From: Desulfovibrio sp.
Lineage (GTDB): Bacteria; Desulfobacterota; Desulfovibrionia; Desulfovibrionales; Desulfovibrionaceae
Length of the DNA stretch: 64,000 nucleotides
Direction: 5' to 3'
Assembly (NCBI GenBank): GCA_031279825.1
Contig: JAITHT010000074.1
Location: 6,829-70,828 of the forward strand
Shown here in pieces: positions 25,045 to 33,516 of the stretch. Under the pieces are notes generated by a model. That model made no database searches and was not told the DNA's origin. It was given only the letters and a program-made list of their open reading frames with translations. Position 1 is the stretch's first letter, and every line of letters starts with the position of its first letter. A program made the position numbers and the translations under genes.

Positions 25045-26616
25045 TCACGCGAGCATATGAGCATGATACAGGCGCAGGGCGTTGGCAAACATCGCCTGTT
25101 GCTTTTTGCGATCGTCGCTGTGCAGGGGAAGCATGGAGAGAAAAAGCAACACGGTCAGCGGCAGGATATCTGCAACGGAGCACTGCGGGATAAAGCGTTT
25201 TCCCCAAAATTTCGCCTGTACCGCGGCAAGCCGCTCATCAAGCACAAAGCGTAAATCATAATGATACGCGTCACCTGCTTCCAAGCGGTAATATCCTGAA
25301 ATGATAAAGTCATACAAACCGATGCAGGAATGGGCAAGCTTAGCCAGATCATACTTCTGATCACCATAAATTGTCTTTGTGCCGTCATGATCCAGACCTC
25401 GGGGATCGATAATCTTGATACGTCCTGAGCGCATATCAATAAAAATATTACTCAGACATAAATCCCCGTGCAGAATGCCCGGCGCGCAGGGCAATGCCAG
25501 TGTTTTACGCAAACACTCCTCACAAATGTCCTGCAGTGCGGGCAAGCGCGTATCCGCGTAGAACAAGGGCTTTGCGACATCAATGCCCTCGGCCTCTGTA
25601 AAAAGCAGCAGCCTTTGCCGGGTTTTGTCGGCATACAGCCTGCGCGCCGCGCGGCGGACAGCCTCTGTATCGGAGACCGTGCCGGCAGCGTCCAGAAAAA
25701 AATCCTCAAGACGATTAAAGGCGTATTCCCAAAAAGATACCGGATTCCTGCCGTGTACGAACAATTCATTCAAAGGGCTGAGAGACAGGTATTCCAACTG
25801 GTAATACGGCCGGCCTCGCTTATGGCCGTAAGCGATCAATTGGGGGATGTATTTTTTAATCTGTGGCGGCACCCGGCAAAACCAATGCGCTTCGGCTTCT
25901 ATCTTTCGATACGGGATCCCCGTCTTGGTGACGATATTCGCGTTCACGCGAATGCTGTTAAAGGCGCGTTGCGCCGTCAGAGCCGCGCGAGAACGGAAAT
26001 AGGCGTTGATATGACCGAGTTCGAAACATCGCCCCACCGGAACAAAACGCAAAGGATGCTCTCTCGCGTACGCTTCAAGCGCATCGCCGAATGAATGTTC
26101 GGCCGACGTCAGGCAACGGAGCAATGTCTTTATAGACGAAAAAGAAAAAAAAACCTGTATGAGGCGCTCTTCGCCCCCGCCTTTCCCTTCGTTTTCCCAT
26201 ATGCCGCCGCTCGATCCGGAAGCAACGCTGACCGCGTCAAAAGCTTCAGGGATATCGCCCGGCAAAACGTCCCCCCGCAACAGCCGCACTCCCCCCTGTT
26301 CGGTTTTTTCCCTATTGAGAATACAGACCAGCGCCGCAGGTAAAGAAAGGCCATCGGGTATGTGAAGAGCCTTTACCCCCAGCCTGCCGAGGAGGTCGGC
26401 TTCGTGTACCGTCAATGCGTACCGTTCCGGCAAACTGACGAAAAACGTCTCTTCAGGAAAAATTGTGGCGAATGCCCGGATTTGATGCTCTATCAGCTTC
26501 CTGTTCGCCAAGGGAAGCATGCAGGGAGGAATAGCGCCGAACTCCGCCTGCAGATCAGGCGGAACATAGCTGCCGGAATGGATAATGATCATTGCTCCGC
26601 TCGTCGTCTTTGGCAT
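25045..26616 (-). CDS. Capsule biosynthesis BcbE/EcbE-like protein (NTP-transferase-like N-terminus plus APH-type kinase)
   Basis: AEFGAIPPCMLPLANRKLIEHQ N-terminus; HGDLCLSN and IIDPRG kinase motifs; YDLAKLAHS, LFLSMLPLH. Confidence 0.7.
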   Translation of the reverse strand: MPKTTSGAMIIIHSGSYVPPDLQAEFGAIPPCMLPLANRKLIEHQIRAFATIFPEETFFVSLPERYALTVHEADLLGRLGVKALHIPDGLSLPAALVCILNREKTEQGGVRLLRGDVLPGDIPEAFDAVSVASGSSGGIWENEGKGGGEERLIQVFFSFSSIKTLLRCLTSAEHSFGDALEAYAREHPLRFVPVGRCFELGHINAYFRSRAALTAQRAFNSIRVNANIVTKTGIPYRKIEAEAHWFCRVPPQIKKYIPQLIAYGHKRGRPYYQLEYLSLSPLNELFVHGRNPVSFWEYAFNRLEDFFLDAAGTVSDTEAVRRAARRLYADKTRQRLLLFTEAEGIDVAKPLFYADTRLPALQDICEECLRKTLALPCAPGILHGDLCLSNIFIDMRSGRIKIIDPRGLDHDGTKTIYGDQKYDLAKLAHSCIGLYDFIISGYYRLEAGDAYHYDLRFVLDERLAAVQAKFWGKRFIPQCSVADILPLTVLLFLSMLPLHSDDRKKQQAMFANALRLYHAHMLA

Positions 26617-26869
26617 ACTCTCAACAAAAAACCGGCTTGGAGATAATTGTTACCTCTTTCTTCCAAAGCGTCAATTCCTGAAAGAGAAGGGTATTGACCA
26701 TATTGCAGTACTGTGGAATCATAAATCATCGTAAGTTTTCAGCGGATCTCTCTTGTTGCGGTAACACTGCCCCGGAAAACACTATCGCGCATTACCTTGT
26801 TGTGGAGAAAGACAGGGAAAGGCGCCGCCGTACAAAGCGGCGCGCTGAAAGTAGCACTCTGGAGAAATC

Positions 26870-29800
26870 ATGATCCACAAACCATCCATCTATTTTGATA
26901 CAAAAGACTACGAACTGCGTACAGTCATTAATAGATTTCTGGGAAGAGACAGCCGCGCGCCTGAAGAAAACGAATTCAGTTTTCTTCAGTCCGCGCTGCA
27001 TCCGCACGGCATTAAAGAGCTGACCATGTCGCAGGAAATCCGGGTGGCCTATGCGGTAGTCAACCTGCTGGACACGCTGGAGGCCGGTCAGAGTCAAGAC
27101 CGCATCAATGCGCTGCAATCCCTGCATGACGAAGTCCTGACTTCGGCAAGCAGTTCTTTTCGCTACAATACCGGCAGAGTCCTCATCCAGATTATGAAAA
27201 ATCTCATCCGGGCACACGGCAATGAAGATGAACAACTTCGCCTGGCTCATGATTTTCGCAGGGCGGCATCCGGCAGACGGCGAATCGTCCGCCGGATGCT
27301 GAAACGCTATTCTCTGCTGGAAATGCCGGAAAAATGGAACCAGATCGCCTTTGACAGCCATGTGCACGACGCCAACACCAAGGGGCGCAAATCTTCTACC
27401 CATTTAATCATGGACGCCTGGATAAAAGGGCTGCGCAAACTTGATGTGGTTTACTATAATTTTATAGAACCCGGTGCGGTTGCCGAGCTTTTGCAAGCGG
27501 CGGACATCATGGATATCAGGGTACGCATCGGCCTGGAATTCCAGGTCTGGTTCCGCGGACGGCTCGTGCAATTCGCCTGGCAACCGCGCGGCTTTAACGA
27601 CTGGCGCGAAATGCTGGCGTTCATGCAGGAAAAGCCTACGCAGCATCTTATGCGCATGGGCCGCGAGGCATCTCAGTATCACCATAATTACGTCATGCGC
27701 CTTCTTGAGGAATACAACTCCCGCCTGCGCCATGAACTCAGCCTGGAGTTTGAAGTCTCCCTGACGGAGATAACGGCGCAGGAGGTCATTTCTTACGTCG
27801 GCGTGGGGCAAACCTCACGCGTGCACTTGGCGGAACTTATCTACCGCCGCATTCGCAATGAATTTGCAATGCAAATCACGGAGTTAAAAAAACGTTACGT
27901 TCACGGCGACGAAGCGGAACGAAACGCAGTCAAAGCGCGCGTGGACAAGATTAATGACTTGACCCAGGACGATATCGTCTCCCTATGGCTCGGCAAGGAA
28001 AAAAATCCCCATGTGGCGCTGCCGGGAGATCCGGCACAACGGGGCGAGGCTCCGGAAATCATGTGCCTTTCGCCCGCCGGGCTTACTGACTGGATTACGT
28101 CCATCCGCAGCCCCTGCTATATTACCTTGCATTTATGCAGCCTCACGGCGGAAGATGTGCTGGAACTCCTTTACGAGTGCAAAGGGATGATCTCCCATCT
28201 GGAACTCTTTAATCTCAAGCACTATACTGACGGCAGAATGAAAGCGCTCCAGGCCGTCAGCGAATTACAATCAGCCATCAACAGCGGCAATACCGTCGTT
28301 TTGAAACGGCTTATTCGTAATATGATCAAAGAATCTGGATGTCTGGGAAAAGAAGAGGAGCGCTGCCTCGTTTTCAGGGAAATACTGAGGAACCTGCTGA
28401 CGCTGCAGCATTATTACGCCATGCATCCGCTGGGAACGCGCATCGGCAGCGATTCCACCAGCCGCTCGTCCAAAACGCACGGCATGGGCTTTGTCTTTAC
28501 GGAAACCCTACCCGCCCGTGCGCGCAATATATTGAAAAAAACTGGTTCACGCTGGAAGATAGTGCCCATCTATCAAGAAATTTACGCCCGGCTCCTCTAC
28601 TATCCGAAACACTACCTGTTCTTTGGGCTCACCCTGACGCGACTGTTGCGCAAGATTCCCGGCTTGTGCAGATTCGGTATGAATAAGGAAGAACTGTGGG
28701 AAGTCAATGACAAAAGCGTGCGCTACAATGAAAAGGCCGACTGTATAGTTGCTTTGGGCGGATTTCAGCGTGAGCAGCGAGATCGCCGTCTGGATTTCAT
28801 TTTAGAAAAAACAGAACCGCAGCAAGCTCCTTCACCGGGGTACGCCTATTTAAACACTACGTTCAGCAATATCTGCAAGGTCGCTTTCGGCTTTCTCCTG
28901 ACCGTATTCACCTTTCTTTACACGCAGACATGGTGGGTACTGGCTTGGTTCGGCCCCCTTGTCTGGTTCGGCATAACCGGCGTTCGCAATATAATCCAAG
29001 CCATACTCGGAGGTGGAGGTCTGCGCCGGACACCGCTGCTTACCTGGAACGACTACCTGAGTTGGACGCGATTGTCGGATTCGCTCCTCTATACCGGCAT
29101 CTCTGTTCCCCTTTTGGAACTCGGCATACGCTCCCTGTTTCTGGAACAGTTCCTCGGCCTGAATTCGTTAAGCCTGCCGGCCGTATTTTTCACCGTTCTG
29201 TCCCTGGTTAACGGTATCTATATAGCGGCGCATAACAGTTTTCGCGGTCTTCCCAGAGAAGCGATTATCGGCAATATCTTTCGTAGCCTCCTGAGCATCC
29301 CGGTGGCCATAGTCTATAATTTTATCATTATGGAAATATTCATCGTTGTCGGCTGCCCCATGTCCTACCTGACGGAAGGCGCGGCGGTATTGTCCAAAAT
29401 GGCTTCGGATACAGTAGCCGCCGTTATTGAAGGATTTGCCGATAAAGCTGAATATCTGCGCATGCGCCACTGGGACTATACAGGCAAGCTTTCCCAACTC
29501 TTCACCTGTTTCTCCCAGTTGGAGATCCTCATACCGGAAGAGGACGTGGCCGAACTACTGCACCGCCCCAAGGATTTTTTAAAAATCGTAAAGATGGAAG
29601 CCAAAGATTTGGAAAAACTGATGATCGCTAATGCTCTGGATCTTATGTATTTCTGGATGTATCAGCCGCGCGCGCGCAACACCCTGGCCCGTCATCTGGC
29701 GACAATGACCCAGGATGAGCGTACCATTCTGGCCCACTCCCAACTGGTGCTCACGCGGGTACATGAAGTCAGCCAGCTCATGGTGGACGGGCTGGTCGGG

Positions 29801-29911
29801 CCTCAATTCACCCGCGCCCTGGCCTTTTATCTTGCCCGTTATGAGGAATACCTGCGAGACATGTCCAAACTGACGGGTATTGACCTTATGCCGCAAGAAC
29901 GCCAGACTTAG
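26870..29911 (+). CDS. Large hypothetical membrane protein with PHP-like metal-binding motifs
   Basis: 1013 aa with RBS ggag; FDSHVHDANTKG, IGLEF and RIGSDS motifs; several C-terminal TM helices. Confidence 0.75.
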   Translation: MIHKPSIYFDTKDYELRTVINRFLGRDSRAPEENEFSFLQSALHPHGIKELTMSQEIRVAYAVVNLLDTLEAGQSQDRINALQSLHDEVLTSASSSFRYNTGRVLIQIMKNLIRAHGNEDEQLRLAHDFRRAASGRRRIVRRMLKRYSLLEMPEKWNQIAFDSHVHDANTKGRKSSTHLIMDAWIKGLRKLDVVYYNFIEPGAVAELLQAADIMDIRVRIGLEFQVWFRGRLVQFAWQPRGFNDWREMLAFMQEKPTQHLMRMGREASQYHHNYVMRLLEEYNSRLRHELSLEFEVSLTEITAQEVISYVGVGQTSRVHLAELIYRRIRNEFAMQITELKKRYVHGDEAERNAVKARVDKINDLTQDDIVSLWLGKEKNPHVALPGDPAQRGEAPEIMCLSPAGLTDWITSIRSPCYITLHLCSLTAEDVLELLYECKGMISHLELFNLKHYTDGRMKALQAVSELQSAINSGNTVVLKRLIRNMIKESGCLGKEEERCLVFREILRNLLTLQHYYAMHPLGTRIGSDSTSRSSKTHGMGFVFTETLPARARNILKKTGSRWKIVPIYQEIYARLLYYPKHYLFFGLTLTRLLRKIPGLCRFGMNKEELWEVNDKSVRYNEKADCIVALGGFQREQRDRRLDFILEKTEPQQAPSPGYAYLNTTFSNICKVAFGFLLTVFTFLYTQTWWVLAWFGPLVWFGITGVRNIIQAILGGGGLRRTPLLTWNDYLSWTRLSDSLLYTGISVPLLELGIRSLFLEQFLGLNSLSLPAVFFTVLSLVNGIYIAAHNSFRGLPREAIIGNIFRSLLSIPVAIVYNFIIMEIFIVVGCPMSYLTEGAAVLSKMASDTVAAVIEGFADKAEYLRMRHWDYTGKLSQLFTCFSQLEILIPEEDVAELLHRPKDFLKIVKMEAKDLEKLMIANALDLMYFWMYQPRARNTLARHLATMTQDERTILAHSQLVLTRVHEVSQLMVDGLVGPQFTRALAFYLARYEEYLRDMSKLTGIDLMPQERQT

Positions 29912-30226
29912 ACCACCTGTCTCTCATCCGACAGGTTGCACCAGCACTGCAAAAGGTACATGCGCAACATCTTCTCAATGCCCGTGGGCGGACGCCCGCG
30001 CCGGCCACTCGGATAGTATGGCTCAACGCAGGGCACCCATTCTTCCCGGGGAATGAACTCGTCCATAGCCTTCAGAAATTCTTCACGTTTTGTCGTACGC
30101 TTGCAAAGGCCGTATTCGACGTCGCTGAAGCCGGCCTGTTTCATTGGCGCCTCCCGTGGATGGGGAGAGTATAATGAAAATGCAACGTGTTGGCGATCAT
30201 ATACTGGGGATTAAATCAGCGCTTCC
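29908..30226 (-). mobile_element. IS5-family remnant (left end plus truncated transposase N-terminus)
   Basis: Terminal GGAAGCGCTGATTTAA next to TTAA; ORF 30144-29908 TKREEFLKAMD..IP...EPYYPSGRRGRPP.GIEKMLRMYLLQ.W.NLSD is typical of an IS5 transposase N-terminus; no DDE domain. Confidence 0.88.
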
Positions 30227-31378
30227 TTAATCTGCTCTAAAGGCACTCCGCAGACACTGAGCCGCATAGTCCATATCATCGCGGGTATGCGTCGCCATCA
30301 GAGTCAGCCGCAGCCTCGCTTCGCCCTTGCCGACGGTGGGGTAGCGGATACAGGGCACAAATACCCCCATGGCCCGCAGGTCATTGCTGATCCGCAGGGC
30401 TGCGTCCTCATCTCCGACATGCAACGGGATGATAGCGGATTCGCTACGTGCGGGAATGCCCGCGGCATTCAGCGCATCCAACATATAGCGTACATTTTCC
30501 CGCAGGTGCCGCACGTCCTCGGGGTGATCGCGTATATGCGCGATGCTGCCCGCCGCCGCCGCCGCAACCGCCGGAGCGGGAGCCGTGGAAAAGATAAACG
30601 GCCTAGCCGTATTGATCATATACTCGCGGAGGGATTGCATACCGCAGATGAAGCCGCCTTCGGCGGCGGCGGCCTTGCTCAGCGTACCCATGACGATATC
30701 CACATCGTCGCGGCGCAAGCCGAAATGCTCCAGGCTGCCCCGTCCCGTCGCGCCGATGACCCCCGTAGCGTGAGCGTCGTCCACCATAAGCCGTAAATGA
30801 TGTTCCCGGCAGATCTGCACCAGTTCAGGCAATCTGGCGATATCTCCGTCCATGCTGAACACGCCGTCCGTCACCACCAGTCCCGAACGGGGCCGGCACC
30901 GGCGTATGGCAGCCGTCAAATCATCCGCATCGCTATGCGCATACACGACGGTTTTTGCCCTGGACATGCGGCAGCCGTCGATAATACTCGCGTGATTCAG
31001 GGCATCGCTGAAAATGATGTCCCTCTCGGTGGTGAGACTGGACAGAGCGGCCACATTGGCCATATACCCGCACCCGAAAAGCAGGGCCGCCTCACTTCCC
31101 TTGAATTCTGCCAGCAGGCTCTCCAGCCGCCTGTGCAGGATCGACGTGCCCGTGGTCAGCCGCGAACCGCCGGACCCGACGCCATACTCCCTTACCGCGG
31201 CTATCGCTTGTTCCTTGATGGCCGAATTGGAAGCGAGCCCCAGATAATTGTTGGAAGAAAACAGCAGCATCCGCTTGCCGTCGACCACGGTTTCCCTGTC
31301 CTGCGCGGCGGAAAACTCTGGACAAACCCTATACAGCGCACTGTCGCGCAAGGTCTGCAATCTGCCGGCAATATCCAT
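30227..31378 (-). CDS. bioF: 8-amino-7-oxononanoate synthase
   Basis: FSSNNYLGLA, GSGGSRL, SDALNHASIIDG, DGVFSMDGD, DDAH, GTLSK (PLP lysine), IRYPTV. Confidence 0.88.
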   Translation of the reverse strand: MDIAGRLQTLRDSALYRVCPEFSAAQDRETVVDGKRMLLFSSNNYLGLASNSAIKEQAIAAVREYGVGSGGSRLTTGTSILHRRLESLLAEFKGSEAALLFGCGYMANVAALSSLTTERDIIFSDALNHASIIDGCRMSRAKTVVYAHSDADDLTAAIRRCRPRSGLVVTDGVFSMDGDIARLPELVQICREHHLRLMVDDAHATGVIGATGRGSLEHFGLRRDDVDIVMGTLSKAAAAEGGFICGMQSLREYMINTARPFIFSTAPAPAVAAAAAGSIAHIRDHPEDVRHLRENVRYMLDALNAAGIPARSESAIIPLHVGDEDAALRISNDLRAMGVFVPCIRYPTVGKGEARLRLTLMATHTRDDMDYAAQCLRSAFRAD

Positions 31379-31422
31379 AAACGATCCGCGCAAAGTTTGT
31401 GCAAGGATTACTCACAAGAGAA

Positions 31423-31722
31423 CTAGTGTTGCGTCCATGAAATTCGTAGATATTTAAACGACCAGGGGCTTGCCACACAAGGAGATTTTGGACTTGAGTC
31501 AGCATAATACACTTTTCTCCCAGACGCTATCCCTGATTCTCAGACATGTTTTTCAGAAACTCGAACACCGGCACAAAGCCGGACGCTCATCACGCAAATT
31601 CGGCTTCAAGGAGCAGTTTACCGTCATGGCTTTCATTCAGCTTGCCGCAAGGCGGTCCATGCGCGACTGCCTTCGCTGCCTTGAGGCCGTTGGAAGCCGT
31701 CTGTACCACTTTGGCCTGAAAT
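31423..31722 (+). mobile_element. IS4-family left-end remnant (DUF4372-type transposase N-terminus)
   Basis: Starts CTAGTGTTGCGTCC; RBS aaggag; encodes SQHNTLFSQ.LSLI.RHVFQKLE.RH..GRSSRKFGFKEQFTVMAFIQLAARRSMRD...LYH.GLK. Confidence 0.78.
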
Positions 31723-32396
31723 ATGTATGCGGCACCCTGCGCCGCATCCTCAAACACGCTCTGCAACATCGGATCATTATCGAAGCGCCGCCTTCCGCCG
31801 CGCAAATCGGTGCGACTGCACCCAAGGATAACAGGCGGCTTCGGGTGTTGACTCAGGACGAATTGACGAAACTTTTGGACGAGATAAAGCGGCGGGACTT
31901 ACAGGCGTGGCGTATCTCCATGTTTGCCATGATTATGGGCTGCCGCTTTTCCGATGCCGCCCGTCTGCTTTGGGGACAGGTCGATTTTGAGCGCAAGACC
32001 GTGAGCTTTGTAAAAACAAAGACTGTCGCACGCGTGGTAGTGGTTGGCGATGAACTGCTGTCCTTCCTCAAGGACTTCGGCCCCGGCTTGCCCAGTGAGA
32101 ATGTTTTCATCAACCACAGGGGACAACCCTACAAAGAAGCGCCAAGCGCTCTTAGAGCCGCTGTGGACGAATTAAAGCTCAATGAAGGACGAGCGGCGAA
32201 TGATCGCTTTTCGTTCCACAATTTACGTCACATGGCGGCAACGGACTTGGCGCGAGATCTGCCCTTACGTGACCTTATGGATTACATGGGGTGGAAAACT
32301 CCGGCTATGGCCCTCCGCTACATGCACGGCAACGAAGAAATACAGCGGGCGGCGATAGCGGCTCGGGAAGCCCGATTGACCGTGAATCGCCAGTAA
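31494..32396 (+). CDS. Chimeric ORF: IS4 transposase N-terminus fused in frame to a tyrosine recombinase catalytic domain
   Basis: First ~75 aa are IS4-like; the rest has GCRFSD (R), KTKT (K), FHNLRH (HxxR), MGW and LRYMH (Y). Confidence 0.75.
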   Translation: MSQHNTLFSQTLSLILRHVFQKLEHRHKAGRSSRKFGFKEQFTVMAFIQLAARRSMRDCLRCLEAVGSRLYHFGLKYVCGTLRRILKHALQHRIIIEAPPSAAQIGATAPKDNRRLRVLTQDELTKLLDEIKRRDLQAWRISMFAMIMGCRFSDAARLLWGQVDFERKTVSFVKTKTVARVVVVGDELLSFLKDFGPGLPSENVFINHRGQPYKEAPSALRAAVDELKLNEGRAANDRFSFHNLRHMAATDLARDLPLRDLMDYMGWKTPAMALRYMHGNEEIQRAAIAAREARLTVNRQ

Positions 32397-32424
32397 TATA
32401 TCCGTATCCATAAGAAGAGTTGCC

Positions 32425-33447
32425 ATGAAAACAGAAAGCACCTACCAGCCGCCCTTTACCATCACAGCGTTAGCATTGCGCCATATCGCGGACATCAGTG
32501 AGGCTGTCGGACGTATCAGCGCACTGACGGACGGCGCTCTTGATTTGCGCCTGCGCCGCCTGAATCGCATCCGCACAATTCAAGGTTCGCTTGCCATCGA
32601 AGGCAATACGCTGAGTGAAGAGCAGATTACCGCGATTCTGGACGGCAAACACGTTATCGCCCCACCCCGTGAAATTCAAGAAGCCAGAAATGCGATAGCC
32701 GCGTATGACCTCCTTGAGGACTGGAACCCGGAAAGAGAAAAAGACATGCTCAAAGCGCACGGCGTGCTCATGGCGAGCCTGATTGACAACGCCGGAAGCT
32801 ATCGTCAAGGCGGTGTCGGTGTCATGGGCGAAAAGACAGTCGTGCATATGGCCCCGCCCGCTGGCCGCGTTCCGCACCTCATGGGTGATCTGTTTCACTG
32901 GCTTCAGAAAGCTGACCATCATCCTCTTGTTGCCAGTTCCGCCTTCCATTACGAATTTGAGTTCATCCACCCCTTTGCTGATGGCAATGGCCGCATGGGC
33001 CGTTTATGGCAGACACTCATCCTCTCACGCTGGAACCCGCTTTTCCTGCGTATCCCGGTAGAAAGCTTGGTCTATGCTCATCAACAGGAATACTACAATG
33101 CTCTACAGCAGAGCACACAGCAGGGACTTGTTACTCCGTTCCTTGAATTCATGCTCACCATGATACGGGATGCCGTGCTTGGTTCTACCCCCCAAGTTGC
33201 CCCCCAAGTCACCCCCCAAGTCGAACAGCTTTTACGTATCCTCTCGGGTGCTGGGGAAGGTGGGTTGTCACGCAAAGAACTTCTGGATGCTTCCGGTCTG
33301 CGCGACCGGAAATCTTTTGCTGACCGCTGGCTCGCCCCGGCGTTGGCGGCGGGTTTTATTGAGATGACCCTCCCTGGAAAGCCGCACAGTCGCTTGCAAC
33401 GGTACAAAATTACGCCCAGCGGCAACCGTATATTAGGCTTAAAATGA
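32425..33447 (+). CDS. Fic family protein with C-terminal HTH
   Basis: HPFADGNGRMGR catalytic motif; SLAIEG autoinhibitory motif; TPQV-APQV-TPQV linker repeats. Confidence 0.92.
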   Translation: MKTESTYQPPFTITALALRHIADISEAVGRISALTDGALDLRLRRLNRIRTIQGSLAIEGNTLSEEQITAILDGKHVIAPPREIQEARNAIAAYDLLEDWNPEREKDMLKAHGVLMASLIDNAGSYRQGGVGVMGEKTVVHMAPPAGRVPHLMGDLFHWLQKADHHPLVASSAFHYEFEFIHPFADGNGRMGRLWQTLILSRWNPLFLRIPVESLVYAHQQEYYNALQQSTQQGLVTPFLEFMLTMIRDAVLGSTPQVAPQVTPQVEQLLRILSGAGEGGLSRKELLDASGLRDRKSFADRWLAPALAAGFIEMTLPGKPHSRLQRYKITPSGNRILGLK

Positions 33448-33448
33448 G

Positions 33449-33466
33449 TAATCAGCGGTTCCTTAA
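33449..33466. mobile_element. Isolated IS5-type terminal inverted repeat plus TTAA
   Basis: taatcagcggttccTTAA matches the IS ends at 30211-30230 and 38198-38213. Confidence 0.7.
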
Positions 33467-33493
33467 AGGCGCGCAGTTGACAAATTCTATTAG

Positions 33494-33516
33494 AAATTTT
33501 TGCAATTAGACATTAG
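33494..33516 (-). repeat. Single end of a family B element
   Basis: Reverse complement ctaatgtctaattgcaaaaatt is one mismatch from the B2 end ctagtgtctaattgcaaaaatt; overlaps the comEC stop codon. Confidence 0.65.

Noticed and set aside
33187..33222. 12-bp tandem repeats in the Fic gene
   Set aside because: TPQV-type linker repeats are common in this Fic-HTH subfamily.
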